DNA of 59,942 bases, taken from the IMG/VR virus record IMGVR_UViG_3300045988_167837, one strand, 5' to 3'. Position 1 is the stretch's first letter, and every line of letters starts with the position of its first letter. A program made the translations under genes and the position numbers. Shown here one piece after another: positions 1 to 9,226 of the stretch. The DNA comes from a virus (taxonomy: Duplodnaviria > Heunggongvirae > Uroviricota > Caudoviricetes). The notes under the pieces were generated by a model. It did not search any database. It worked only from the letters and a program-made list of their open reading frames with translations, and was not told the origin of the DNA.

Positions 1-108
1 ACCCAGACATCAGCCTGGATGTGCTCCAGCATATGGCCGAGGTGGATTGAGCCGTTAGCGTACGGCAGCGCGCACGTCACCAGAATTTTCTTCGCGACTT
101 GGGTCATA
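1..108 (-). CDS. metG: methionine--tRNA ligase, 5' end only (first 36 codons; gene continues beyond window start)
   Basis: Reverse complement of 1-108 translates to [36 protein letters not shown], the canonical enterobacterial MetG N-terminus; divergent from apbC as in E. coli-type chromosomes. Confidence 0.9.
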
Positions 109-264
109 GTAGGCATTACTTCTTTGTAGTGAAAAGGGGCTTGATAGTAACAAAATGGCCTTATGTCTGCCATGTGATAACAGCATTTCTCATAAATGAT
201 TAAATGTCGTAGCTGGAGTACACTACAAGGCGACAATTGCGCAAATTAAAATAAAGGAGACGGG

Positions 265-1365
265 ATGAGCGAGTCCAAATCGCCGGATGCCCTGAGAGCA
301 ATGGTAGCCGGTACGCTGGCTAATTTTCAGCACCCAACCCTGAAACACAACCTGACTACGCTTAAAGCGTTACACCATGTTGCGTTGATGGATGACACAC
401 TGCATGTCGAACTAATCATGCCTTTCGTGTGGAATAAGCCTTTTGAAGACCTGAAAGAGCAATGTAGTGGTGATCTGCTACGTATCACTGGCGCAAAGGC
501 TATTGACTGGAAGCTGTCGTACAACATTGCCACGCTTAAGCGCGTCAAAAACCAACCAGGCATTAATGGCGTTAAGAACATTATCGCCGTCAGCTCAGGC
601 AAGGGCGGCGTGGGTAAATCCTCCACGGCGGTAAACCTGGCACTGGCGTTGGCTGCTGAAGGTGCGAAAGTTGGTATTTTGGATGCCGATATCTATGGTC
701 CATCAATTCCAACCATGCTGGGCGCGGAAAACCAACGTCCAACCTCACCGGACGGTACTCACATGGCACCTATCATGTCTCATGGCCTGGCAACCAACTC
801 TATTGGTTATCTGGTCACCGACGACAATGCAATGGTGTGGCGTGGACCGATGGCCAGCAAGGCGCTGATGCAGATGTTGCAGGAAACACTGTGGCCTGAT
901 CTGGACTATCTCGTTCTCGATATGCCACCGGGCACTGGTGATATTCAATTGACGCTGGCGCAGAACATTCCTGTAACTGGTGCGGTTGTGGTAACTACGC
1001 CGCAAGACATCGCGCTGATCGATGCGAAGAAAGGCATTGTGATGTTCGAAAAAGTCGAAGTGCCGGTACTGGGTATCGTTGAAAACATGAGTGTGCATAT
1101 TTGCAGTAACTGCGGTCATCACGAGCCAATTTTTGGCACCGGTGGCGCACAGAAACTGGCCGAGAAATACAACACGCAGTTGTTAGGCCAAATGCCACTT
1201 CATATCTCTCTTCGTGAAGATCTGGATAACGGAACACCAACCGTTATTAGTCGTCCAGATAGTGAATTTACGGCTATTTATCGTGACCTCGCAGATCGCG
1301 TTGCTGCCCAAATGTATTGGCAAGGTGAAGTAATACCTGGCGAAATCGCATTCCGCGCAGTGTGA
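265..1365 (+). CDS. apbC: Fe-S cluster carrier ATPase ApbC/Mrp
   Basis: 366-aa ORF, near-identical over its length to remembered E. coli Mrp ([24 protein letters not shown]-loop, CxxC motif ICSNCGHH); SD-like AAGGAG upstream of ATG. Confidence 0.95.
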   Translation: MSESKSPDALRAMVAGTLANFQHPTLKHNLTTLKALHHVALMDDTLHVELIMPFVWNKPFEDLKEQCSGDLLRITGAKAIDWKLSYNIATLKRVKNQPGINGVKNIIAVSSGKGGVGKSSTAVNLALALAAEGAKVGILDADIYGPSIPTMLGAENQRPTSPDGTHMAPIMSHGLATNSIGYLVTDDNAMVWRGPMASKALMQMLQETLWPDLDYLVLDMPPGTGDIQLTLAQNIPVTGAVVVTTPQDIALIDAKKGIVMFEKVEVPVLGIVENMSVHICSNCGHHEPIFGTGGAQKLAEKYNTQLLGQMPLHISLREDLDNGTPTVISRPDSEFTAIYRDLADRVAAQMYWQGEVIPGEIAFRAV

Positions 1366-1374
1366 TAAAAAGGT

Positions 1375-1500
1375 GGTGCTTTTGCCGTTACGCACCACCC
1401 CGTCAGTAGCTGAACAGGAGGGACAGCTGATAGAAACAGAAGCCACTGGAGCACCTCAAAAACACCATCATACACTAAATCAGTAAGTTGGCAGCATCAC
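1375..1500 (-). mobile_element. insA: IS1 remnant: left terminal inverted repeat plus first 24 codons of insA (truncated)
   Basis: rc of 1462-1500 is GGTGATGCTGCCAACTTACTGATTTAGTGTATGATGGTG (IS1 terminus); ORF 1183..1446 begins [24 protein letters not shown] (InsA N-terminus) and then runs into antisense apbC sequence, so the IS is truncated about 126 bp in. Confidence 0.65.
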
Positions 1501-1611
1501 CGAGCGCCAGCGGCGAACATATGAGCTTCGGAAATACTAGACATTCTTAACTCCGTTGTTTTCTAGTTGTGGTTATTTTCACAAATAAGAAAAGATAGAA
1601 AACAATTTATT

Positions 1612-1640
1612 TAAGGCCACAACTTATGGCCTTTATTTAT
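1612..1640. terminator. hairpin (AAGGCCA...TGGCCTT) followed by T-rich tract
   Basis: Perfect 7-bp GC-rich inverted repeat with 7-nt loop followed by TATTTATT; no adjacent plus-strand gene to assign it to. Confidence 0.3.
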
Positions 1641-1663
1641 TCATGCCGAAGGATTTGTAGCGT

Positions 1664-2044
1664 CTAATTGCCGGATAAAATGGGGTGAGGTGCTTGCCAG
1701 TAGGCTCCACCGTTCCATGTGAACCCCATGCGAATAAGAGTGTTTATTGCGGCTTTGGTAGACTCCGATTCGACACTGGCTTTACGAAACTCTTGAACCT
1801 CTTTCGCCAACTTGTATGTAATTGTGCAGGGGACGATTGCAGCCCAGCCTTTCTCATGACTGTTAATGACCATCTGGATGTGACCATCCAGAATAGGTTG
1901 ATTAGGCATGTTATTGAAAATGTCTGCCTGTTTTTGAATGTGAAGAAAAAGCCTTGCCAGCGCCATTTGCTCACTACGAGACAAGGGATTATCAAGAGGG
2001 CTTTTTGCAAAAGCTGCTATACGCTGTGCATCAATGCCAAACAT
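1664..2044 (-). CDS. hypothetical protein (126 aa)
   Basis: ORF with start abutting the stop of the upstream ORF 2044..2748 (operon-like arrangement). Confidence 0.4.
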   Translation of the reverse strand: MFGIDAQRIAAFAKSPLDNPLSRSEQMALARLFLHIQKQADIFNNMPNQPILDGHIQMVINSHEKGWAAIVPCTITYKLAKEVQEFRKASVESESTKAAINTLIRMGFTWNGGAYWQAPHPILSGN

Positions 2045-2748
2045 CAGCGCACCTCACCATCTTTATGGCTGGAGTTAACTTCCGTCATTAAATGTCTGAC
2101 GTAATCGACAAGAGAGCCGCCTGGTGGAATCTGGCATTCCTCAACTAACTGGAAGTAGATATCCGCTGCATTACGTGTATTGCTACCCGCGCATATTCTT
2201 TCTTCCCGAAGTGCATGAAGCTCGTTGATCAAACGGTCACACTCTCCGTTACGCTGATCCACAACGGCCTCAAGCTCTGCGACGCGTTCACCTGGCGTCT
2301 TACCTTCTTTGCGTTGGATGGTAACGACGAAATCGCCAATTGCAGGGACGTTGTAATCCAGCTCAAGGTAGTTTTTGGCACCGCTGCGGACGAACTCACC
2401 CGCGAACATGGTGGCGAACATCGCAGAGGCCACTTCTCCGTTGAAAAGTGACTCCAGATCTAACGGAGTCCCGGCAGCAAGAGCCTCTTTTGCTGTATCC
2501 ATTGCATCCATGAACCGATCAAACTCACTAGCGCGCTTTTCCAGGTCTTTCCATTGCTCGCTCCAACGTTTGGCAACGAAGTCTATGAATGTTTTCGCGG
2601 ATTCATCAAAATTCCCCTCAAACTTAACGATGCCTTTATCAATAATGATCTGGCCTACCGCATCCTCTGCATAACCTTTCAATGTAAACTTGAAAGGAAA
2701 ATCGGAATGGCCTGTGACGTTAAAATGCTCTAACTGGAGGTTGCTCAT
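2044..2748 (-). CDS. hypothetical protein (234 aa)
   Basis: Long ORF, no recognisable motif. Confidence 0.5.
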   Translation of the reverse strand: MSNLQLEHFNVTGHSDFPFKFTLKGYAEDAVGQIIIDKGIVKFEGNFDESAKTFIDFVAKRWSEQWKDLEKRASEFDRFMDAMDTAKEALAAGTPLDLESLFNGEVASAMFATMFAGEFVRSGAKNYLELDYNVPAIGDFVVTIQRKEGKTPGERVAELEAVVDQRNGECDRLINELHALREERICAGSNTRNAADIYFQLVEECQIPPGGSLVDYVRHLMTEVNSSHKDGEVR

Positions 2749-2809
2749 GTGTTTTTCTCTTATCGTTTAGTAACTACATTCTTACATAAATTAAGTAAGC
2801 ATTTACCTA

Positions 2810-4495
2810 TCATTTAACGCGTTTGAAAACGTATACGCTGACTGTGATCCCTGTGTCTTCAAACTCGTTGGTAAACGACTTCCCTCTGGCATAAACGTAA
2901 TTATCCATCGTCATCCAGTCCAGTATTGGCGCAGTGCCCGGCAATACTGCTACAAGACGCCCGCCGACTTTCAGATGCCCCAGCGCAGCCAGCGTGTGCT
3001 CTCTATGACGACCAAGCGAGTACGGCGGGTTCATAACGATTTTGTCGAACTGATAACCTGCGTTGTCCTCAGACCACTTTATGAAGTCGCAGCAAATCGT
3101 GTTCGTATACCCTTTTCCACGCAGGATATCAGCGAAGAGAGGTGCGATTTCTATGCAGGTAACATCTTCCAGATCGGCGTCAATATAGGCCAGAAGATCC
3201 CCACGTCCGGCTTGAGGCTCCAACAGCTTCTCACCAGGCTTCAATTCAGTGGCTCTTGCAACGTACTCAGCAATCAAGCGTGGGGTAGGGTAGAACTGGT
3301 GTGATTTTGTATCCGGTATTAAACCGGTAGCCACAATCGTATTTAGCGTATGGCCGATGTCATACGGGAACTGCCAGTGCTTTTTCTCCTGCACGCCGCC
3401 AATGAAGCTCAGTGTGCGCTCAAGCTCTTCCACCTGCGACTTCTGGAGAGCTGAATCAGAGAAGTACCATACACCTTTGTCTTTGCTCAATCGCCCGTCA
3501 CGAAGCGCAGTGCGAACCGGCACGGAGATCGTCTTCTGGATTAAACCGAACTGCTTTGGTGCCCGTGTTTTTGGCGCAGTTCGGCATGGCGCGGGGATTG
3601 CAGCAGGCATACTGTAAGCCAGCACCTCATTCAACTTCCAGGCCACGTCAGGATGTATTTCAAAGTGAACGTTGCCGTTCTTGAACATCTTCACGCGCAT
3701 CAGATTTCCATCGACGTTCATCCAGTCACCGGTCTGGCAGTCGTTTGCCCGATACGCAGCTGATAGCACCTCAGCAGTGCGGTTGATGGTAATAAATTCT
3801 TTGTGCGCGAAGAAATGAAGCAAGACACGCAGATCGTCGATGTAGTCCTCTTTGCGATAGTTCACGCTAACGCTGTCCCGCCAGAAATCAGAAATGCAGT
3901 CAGCGATTATCAGCCGCTCGCTGAAACCATTTGTCTTATTTGTCTTGTGCACAGGACTCAGCGCCTTAAACAAGCCATACACGCGCTCAGAGAGATATTT
4001 GTGCCTGTCATTCAGCAAATTAAGCATCGTGGGTATGACCGTTTCTGCTTTGAACTCCGGTACACCAACGAACTCTTTAACCTTCATCTGGTAGCCGGTT
4101 CTGTCAGTTTTGATGACTTCCTGTTTGCCCTCTATAAACTGCTCGCGCCACTCATCTCGACGGGAAGCTGGCATGATCAGCAAAACGTTAGTCATGTCCG
4201 TGACCTTCCTCCAGTACTCGGCCCAAATATTCTGTTTCACCCATTCCAGATCGACTTTATCCAACCAACCTCGATTTAAACGCGAGCGATCTTCATCTGG
4301 TCGATGGTTTAGTTTCAGCAGGCGATTAATCATGTTGTGGCGTTCGTCGCCATAAACGAAGTTGTGAACCTGATACATGAAGGCGATCTCTTTCTCGCAC
4401 TCGGCCACAATTTCGTGGATAACGTTCATTTCCTGACGATAATCGATAGCAGTGTTTGAGCTGGCATCGTCGATGATGGAAAGGGCTGTATTCAT
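2810..4495 (-). CDS. putative DNA methyltransferase with large N-terminal domain of unknown function (561 aa)
   Basis: C-terminal region has SAM-MTase-like motifs (LEPQAGRGDLL then IVMNPPY motif IV, typical of N6-adenine/N4-cytosine MTases); N-terminal about 380 aa without recognisable motifs. Confidence 0.6.
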   Translation of the reverse strand: MNTALSIIDDASSNTAIDYRQEMNVIHEIVAECEKEIAFMYQVHNFVYGDERHNMINRLLKLNHRPDEDRSRLNRGWLDKVDLEWVKQNIWAEYWRKVTDMTNVLLIMPASRRDEWREQFIEGKQEVIKTDRTGYQMKVKEFVGVPEFKAETVIPTMLNLLNDRHKYLSERVYGLFKALSPVHKTNKTNGFSERLIIADCISDFWRDSVSVNYRKEDYIDDLRVLLHFFAHKEFITINRTAEVLSAAYRANDCQTGDWMNVDGNLMRVKMFKNGNVHFEIHPDVAWKLNEVLAYSMPAAIPAPCRTAPKTRAPKQFGLIQKTISVPVRTALRDGRLSKDKGVWYFSDSALQKSQVEELERTLSFIGGVQEKKHWQFPYDIGHTLNTIVATGLIPDTKSHQFYPTPRLIAEYVARATELKPGEKLLEPQAGRGDLLAYIDADLEDVTCIEIAPLFADILRGKGYTNTICCDFIKWSEDNAGYQFDKIVMNPPYSLGRHREHTLAALGHLKVGGRLVAVLPGTAPILDWMTMDNYVYARGKSFTNEFEDTGITVSVYVFKRVK

Positions 4496-4636
4496 AATTA
4501 CACCATTAAATAATTTGTTTTCTGATTGGTGTAATTATCGCAAACTTGAAAAGGCATAAAAGCTGCATTCATAGGCGTTACAGCAGATTTAAGGCGTAAA
4601 AATGGGGGCTGTCGCCCCCTGTCGACTGGTGCTGTA

Positions 4637-5203
4637 TTAGAGTGCGTATTGCGTTTTGTGCGGCTGCTTATTCAAGTCATGGCGATGCGTGAGCTCCCGC
4701 ATCATGTCTTCAAGGCGACTCTTTGTGTCGTCGAGCTGGTCGGCCATTGCACCTAAAAGCTGGCGAACGGCCATCGGACCGTCGCTGTTTAGTGATGGCA
4801 TTTTAGAACCTGCTTTAGAAGACATAAGGTTGATTGCAGACATCAACATCGTTAGAGAGGATTTAAGCCCGGCAATTTCACGATCTTTGCTGGCAATAAT
4901 CGTCTCACTTTTGTTACCGTCATCAGTTTCTTGAGTCTCGCTCACCATATCCAAAGTCGCTTGCAACTTATCAGCTCTCTCTTTTTCAGCAAGGTAATGA
5001 ACACCGAAATGGTGTGCCAAAGCTACAATCTGAGTTGGCTCTTCAAAGGTGGAATTAAAATTAAGTATTGTAAACAGTCTCTCAAATATGGAAACGTCTT
5101 CTATTCCTCGAAGAATGGCTAACATTTTGACCAGTTCATTAGCATCCATTTCTTCGAATAAGGCGTTTTGTTCATCAGCTATCGCTTTGCATTTCTTGCA
5201 CAT
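4637..5203 (-). CDS. hypothetical protein (188 aa)
   Basis: ORF preceded (on coding strand) by conserved palindromic motif and GGAAAAACAC-ATG start context shared with other genes here. Confidence 0.5.
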   Translation of the reverse strand: MCKKCKAIADEQNALFEEMDANELVKMLAILRGIEDVSIFERLFTILNFNSTFEEPTQIVALAHHFGVHYLAEKERADKLQATLDMVSETQETDDGNKSETIIASKDREIAGLKSSLTMLMSAINLMSSKAGSKMPSLNSDGPMAVRQLLGAMADQLDDTKSRLEDMMRELTHRHDLNKQPHKTQYAL

Positions 5204-5221
5204 GTGTTTTTCCTAATGCTT

Positions 5222-5235
5222 AAACAAGTTGTTTT
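5222..5235 (-). promoter_or_regulatory. conserved palindromic motif AAACAAGTTGTTTT (copy 1), about 30 nt upstream of a start codon
   Basis: Near-perfect palindrome AAACAA-N-TTGTTT recurring upstream of several minus-strand genes. Confidence 0.3.
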
Positions 5236-5500
5236 CTTATTGTCTTTATTGTGATGTGGCATAAAAGGGGAGCAAGCTAAACGTAAAGGTGCAAACTCTC
5301 TATTTCGGTCAACGAAACACAAGGGCCATTTGGCCCTTGTCATTAACACTTTGCTTTACGAACTAACGGATAAGCGAAGTAGATCGCCAAACCAATGAGG
5401 ACGCCATCAGAAATGACAGACATCATCTTTCCCGTAAAATCCACCAACACCGCCATCACCAGAAGAGCAATGACGATCACAAGCCGGAATCTCTCAAGCA

Positions 5501-5926
5501 TTAGAGATAAGCATCCAGTGACAACTGAAGCGCCTGGGCGATCTTTTTCAGTGCCTGCTCTTCTTGTTCACCAATGCCGTCCTGATCGGCAATATCAAGG
5601 CACAGACACAGAACATCGACCGCCTCTGGAGTACCCGCAATATCAGACAGCTCACGAATAGCCTGTGCATTAGCAGAACGAGGGGACGCTTCGTAACGAG
5701 CACGGATATTGGCGCTCATTTGGGCAATTTCACCAGCAAACGGAGAAAACGCAGGCAGAGCTGCAATTGTCTTCTCAAGAATGGCAATTTCTTTTGCGTC
5801 ACATGTGCCGTCGGCATAGGAGATCATGTACGCGCCCCACACGGTGGCCTCAACCGCATCACGGTTCTCCATTTTTTTGACTTCGATAACAGCTTTACGA
5901 GTTTTCTTTTTGAAGAAACCTAACAT
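5501..5926 (-). CDS. hypothetical protein, possibly TerB-like (141 aa)
   Basis: ORF with acidic helical C-terminal region; weak resemblance to TerB/DjlA-N-type domains from memory only. Confidence 0.4.
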   Translation of the reverse strand: MLGFFKKKTRKAVIEVKKMENRDAVEATVWGAYMISYADGTCDAKEIAILEKTIAALPAFSPFAGEIAQMSANIRARYEASPRSANAQAIRELSDIAGTPEAVDVLCLCLDIADQDGIGEQEEQALKKIAQALQLSLDAYL

Positions 5927-5950
5927 GTGCTTTCCTTTTATTATTTGTCA

Positions 5951-5964
5951 AAACAAGTTGTTTT
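5951..5964 (-). promoter_or_regulatory. conserved palindromic motif AAACAAGTTGTTTT (copy 2)
   Basis: Same motif as at 5222, again just upstream of a minus-strand start codon (5926). Confidence 0.3.
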
Positions 5965-6019
5965 CTAATTACATAAATTGCTTACGCAGAGATGGTCAAT
6001 GCATATGCACTAACAGCCG

Positions 6020-6208
6020 TCAGAAATAACCAAGTACCGAACCAACTGGAAAAACAAAAATCCCAACTACACGAGCCAAGGTCATGCCAGCCTGAAACTG
6101 GAGATCGCCAGAGCAAACAAGTTTTATAATGTTCGATACCCAACCGGCGGCCATAAGGGCAAGAATTGCCAGCCAAATTTTTCCAAAGTGATTTGAAAAC
6201 CAGTTCAT
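6020..6208 (-). CDS. small hydrophobic protein (62 aa), putative membrane protein
   Basis: Short ORF rich in hydrophobic residues (WLAILALMAAGWV...VVGIFVFPVGSVLGYF). Confidence 0.3.
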   Translation of the reverse strand: MNWFSNHFGKIWLAILALMAAGWVSNIIKLVCSGDLQFQAGMTLARVVGIFVFPVGSVLGYF

Positions 6209-6217
6209 ACAACCGCC

Positions 6218-6712
6218 TTAGTCACAGCATGATCCTGAGTAACTGGATGAACTTGAGGTATCGCATCCACCGCCATCCCATCCAGAGTGACAGGACGCTC
6301 CACTGGAGTGGTGGTAATTGTCGTCGACGAAGGTGTGGTGATGGATGAATCCGGCATCAAAAGGCTCTGACCGGCTGGAACGGCTACCGTCGCCAGTGAA
6401 ACTATAATGAGAACGTAGGCCATTGGTTTCAGCCTCTTTCTTTGAAAATTTTCCATTCGAACTGTCCTTGTTGTTTTTCTCCTTCACTAAAGGCCGTGCA
6501 TTTTTCGCTTCGCGTGAAGAACCAGAGGCAACAATCGCCCCCACGTTCGCAACAACTGACGCTTGATTATCTAAACGTTCATTCAGCAACCGAACGGTAG
6601 TCTCTAGTTCATCAAGGCGTGACATAACACGACCGCTAAATAATTCGGCCAAAATTTGACGTAAAGAACGAGGACGTTTAGTTACAGAAGTGAAATAGGT
6701 TTGACGTGCCAT
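6218..6712 (-). CDS. hypothetical protein (164 aa; 3' portion overlaps alternative ORF 6205..6456 encoding a putative signal-peptide protein)
   Basis: Longest ORF in region; C-terminal half is low-complexity (Ser/Gly/Cys-rich) so the true gene may end earlier with 6205..6456 a separate small secreted protein. Confidence 0.3.
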   Translation of the reverse strand: MARQTYFTSVTKRPRSLRQILAELFSGRVMSRLDELETTVRLLNERLDNQASVVANVGAIVASGSSREAKNARPLVKEKNNKDSSNGKFSKKEAETNGLRSHYSFTGDGSRSSRSEPFDAGFIHHHTFVDDNYHHSSGASCHSGWDGGGCDTSSSSSYSGSCCD

Positions 6713-6860
6713 GTGGACTCCATCCAGTGTCAGAAAGAGTTGCGGCTGGCGATTGCCAGCCGCCTTTCTCGTTCCATCCTGGAACTGTGTCTTACCGACA
6801 CATTGTCATCCTGACGCCGATAAGATACATGATTTAAAATGATAGGTAAACACTTACTTA

Positions 6861-7451
6861 CTATTTATTATAAACAAAACCAATATCTTTCTTGTGAGGC
6901 ATATCTGCTGCTGAAAAAGCTGCGATCTTCGCGAGTCGATCACATATTTCATTTTCACGATGCCCGGCGTGACCTTTAACCCACTTCCAGCGAACATTAT
7001 GTCGACTTGCGGCCTCATCCAGACGCTTCCACAGATCAACATTCTTTACCGGTTTTTTGTCAGAAGTCATCCATCCATTGCGTTTCCACCATTTCATCCA
7101 CTGTGTCATGCCGTTTTTCAGATACTGGCTATCAGAGTGCAAAATAACGTTGCATGGATATTTCAAACGCTCCAGCCCGATAAGTGCCCCCATCATCTCC
7201 ATGCGGTTATTGGTGGTGCTATGAAAACCATCTGAGAACTCGCGTTCCTCACCACGATACTGGAGAACGATACCGTAACCGCCCGGGCCACCCGGATTTT
7301 TAAGGCAAGAGCCATCACTAAAGATTTTCACGGTTTTAAGCTGGGGATTGAACTCTACGACAGGCGTTGTGGGATTGGTGCGGGGGGAATTTTTGTTTTT
7401 GGCTTTTTTGCGAGTTTTTGCTTGCGATCGGGCTGGTGTCTTCGTCGTCAT
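6861..7451 (-). CDS. rnhA: ribonuclease H (RNase HI-like) with basic N-terminal extension
   Basis: RNase H core motifs IFSDGSC...NPGGPGGYG...ERE...HSDSQY...GHAGHRENE; start set at internal Met (MTTKTPARS) of the 224-aa ORF. Confidence 0.8.
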   Translation of the reverse strand: MTTKTPARSQAKTRKKAKNKNSPRTNPTTPVVEFNPQLKTVKIFSDGSCLKNPGGPGGYGIVLQYRGEEREFSDGFHSTTNNRMEMMGALIGLERLKYPCNVILHSDSQYLKNGMTQWMKWWKRNGWMTSDKKPVKNVDLWKRLDEAASRHNVRWKWVKGHAGHRENEICDRLAKIAAFSAADMPHKKDIGFVYNK

Positions 7452-7535
7452 ATAAACTCCTGAATCAAGCGCCGCGCCGATTTTTCCTCGCGCGTGCGCA
7501 CACGCGTGCGTGTTAATAATTATTAAAATAAACAA

Positions 7536-8033
7536 ATTACTTCCCAGAACAGGTTTTTATAAACCTGAACTGAACGAACGAAGTGAGTGAAGTTCACCTC
7601 GAACGAAGTGAGAGGTTGTCTTTTCAGGTAATACTCTCCCAGGGAGGTGAGTATAAAAATCTCTCACCAACCTGGTCGTTTCATAACCTGAAAAGTTATG
7701 GTCTAAGTCTACTGCCAGCTTAGACTTGGGAAGTTATGGATGACAGCACCCCAGAACCGAGATCTTCCCACACTTTATGAAGGGGAGTACTGGATTCAAC
7801 CTCTCGAAACACCCCAGACTCGACAATCATAAAGTGACCCTTGTCTCTGCTCACTTTGGTTCCCCCTTCCCCGACACCTAAACGGCACCAGTTCTACGCT
7901 GGTAGTGAGCTTTTTTAAACCTGACGCCAGTGACGCTTACCCCCACCCATCAGGTCGAGTCTCCAGTCTACGACTGGAAACTATCAGATCTTAGCACTTA
8001 CAATTCACTTTATGAATAGTTTGTACTTATCTA
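7536..8033. other. about 500-bp ORF-free region with internal direct and inverted repeats (candidate structured RNA or cis-acting site)
   Basis: No ORF of 60 aa or more; repeated GAACGAAGTGAG, AAGTTATGG and several short stem-loops. Confidence 0.3.
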
Positions 8034-8288
8034 TCATTGTGATTGATTATTTTCTCTACCATGTAGTTGAACATTCAAGGCAAACACCTCATTGATCAAC
8101 TCACCTAAAAGCTGTTCAACAAGTTCGCGATGCTCGCCAAGATGCAAGCACTTAATTGCCCATTCGTACAAGTTGAAAGCCTGCTCACGATCTTTCATCA
8201 TTTCACGAGCCTGGGCCAGAAAATCGCTCTCTACGAGCGCAACGACATTAGTCGGGTATGACATGTTGGTTTCCTTAAAGTGGTTCAT
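8034..8288 (-). CDS. hypothetical protein (84 aa)
   Basis: Short ORF, no motif. Confidence 0.3.
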   Translation of the reverse strand: MNHFKETNMSYPTNVVALVESDFLAQAREMMKDREQAFNLYEWAIKCLHLGEHRELVEQLLGELINEVFALNVQLHGRENNQSQ

Positions 8289-8449
8289 AAAATCGATTTT
8301 AAAGCGTCTGGGAAGGGGTTCTAGTGGATTCTGTTGTGATGTTCAGGTCTGGAGTCTCTGATACAAAACAGCCTGCTTCCGTATATTAATAATTAATATG
8401 TAGTTATTTATATATACAGAAGCAGGCTAATTACAGACGCCAGAACAAA

Positions 8450-9043
8450 CTAAGCAGCCTTCTTTGATGGTCTTTTTTTCCTGATCACATTCGCAGGATC
8501 ATACCCTCCCAGACTTTTCATGACGTCCAAAGGGATCTTGCTTATAGAGTGCCCAGCGTCCTGACAGAATCCTCGAAAAACAACGAGCATACTGCCACCT
8601 GGGTTGATGTTTACTTCTACCTGACCCAGATTTACGTCAGGCTCGACAAACGCTACGCGGCCACCAGACAGAATAATCGTCTCATTCGCACACTCTGTTG
8701 CACGCTCATACCACTTTGTATCTAGGGATTGAGGAATTAGCATCACTGTTGTAACTCCGCGAGCCTGCTCACGTATAGCCGCATCAATCCAGGGGTAGAT
8801 TTTGGAGTAGGGTGGATTGAGGAAGGCAATTGTACCTGGCTGTCCCCATTCAGATTTCAAAGCATCACGCTCAACGCCTATGAAATTAGGCAGCTTTGCA
8901 TTGTCCTTGTTGCAGGCAACGTCAACATCAAATGTCACTCCAAGATAACGTTGAATGGCAGAAAACAGCCAGTCAGGTGTTCTCCAGAGGTCACGAAGAG
9001 AGTTGTCACGCTTTCGCTGTTTGATTTTTTCGGCTGCAATCAT
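8450..9043 (-). CDS. dam: phage-type DNA N6-adenine methyltransferase (Dam-like)
   Basis: 197 aa with WRTPDWLF N-terminal motif and FLNPPY catalytic motif typical of small phage Dam-family MTases. Confidence 0.75.
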   Translation of the reverse strand: MIAAEKIKQRKRDNSLRDLWRTPDWLFSAIQRYLGVTFDVDVACNKDNAKLPNFIGVERDALKSEWGQPGTIAFLNPPYSKIYPWIDAAIREQARGVTTVMLIPQSLDTKWYERATECANETIILSGGRVAFVEPDVNLGQVEVNINPGGSMLVVFRGFCQDAGHSISKIPLDVMKSLGGYDPANVIRKKRPSKKAA

Positions 9044-9105
9044 CTTCTTTCTCGATAGGTAAGTAAATACCTATTTTTGCATTTGATTTTATGTCTGGCA
9101 ATCAA

Positions 9106-9152
9106 ATAAAACGCGCCAGAAATGCAAACGAGAAGCTCTCTGGCGCGTTTTT
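9106..9152 (-). terminator. hairpin terminator downstream of acidic-protein gene
   Basis: 11-bp inverted repeat AACGCGCCAGA / TCTGGCGCGTT with T-rich flank on the minus strand. Confidence 0.45.
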
Positions 9153-9226
9153 GTGGTGCTGGGTATGTGATTGGCTTACCCAGTACTATAAAGCTCTCTA
9201 TGGGCTTTATTTTAAGTAGGGGAACG

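Noticed and set aside
327-1475. Several 60-125 aa ORFs antisense to or overlapping apbC (327..626, 745..1122, 995..1240, 1183..1446, 1278..1475)
   Set aside because: They lie within or opposite a well-supported gene. ORF 1183..1446 is only the first 24 codons of IS1 insA fused to antisense apbC, so it is a remnant, not a gene.
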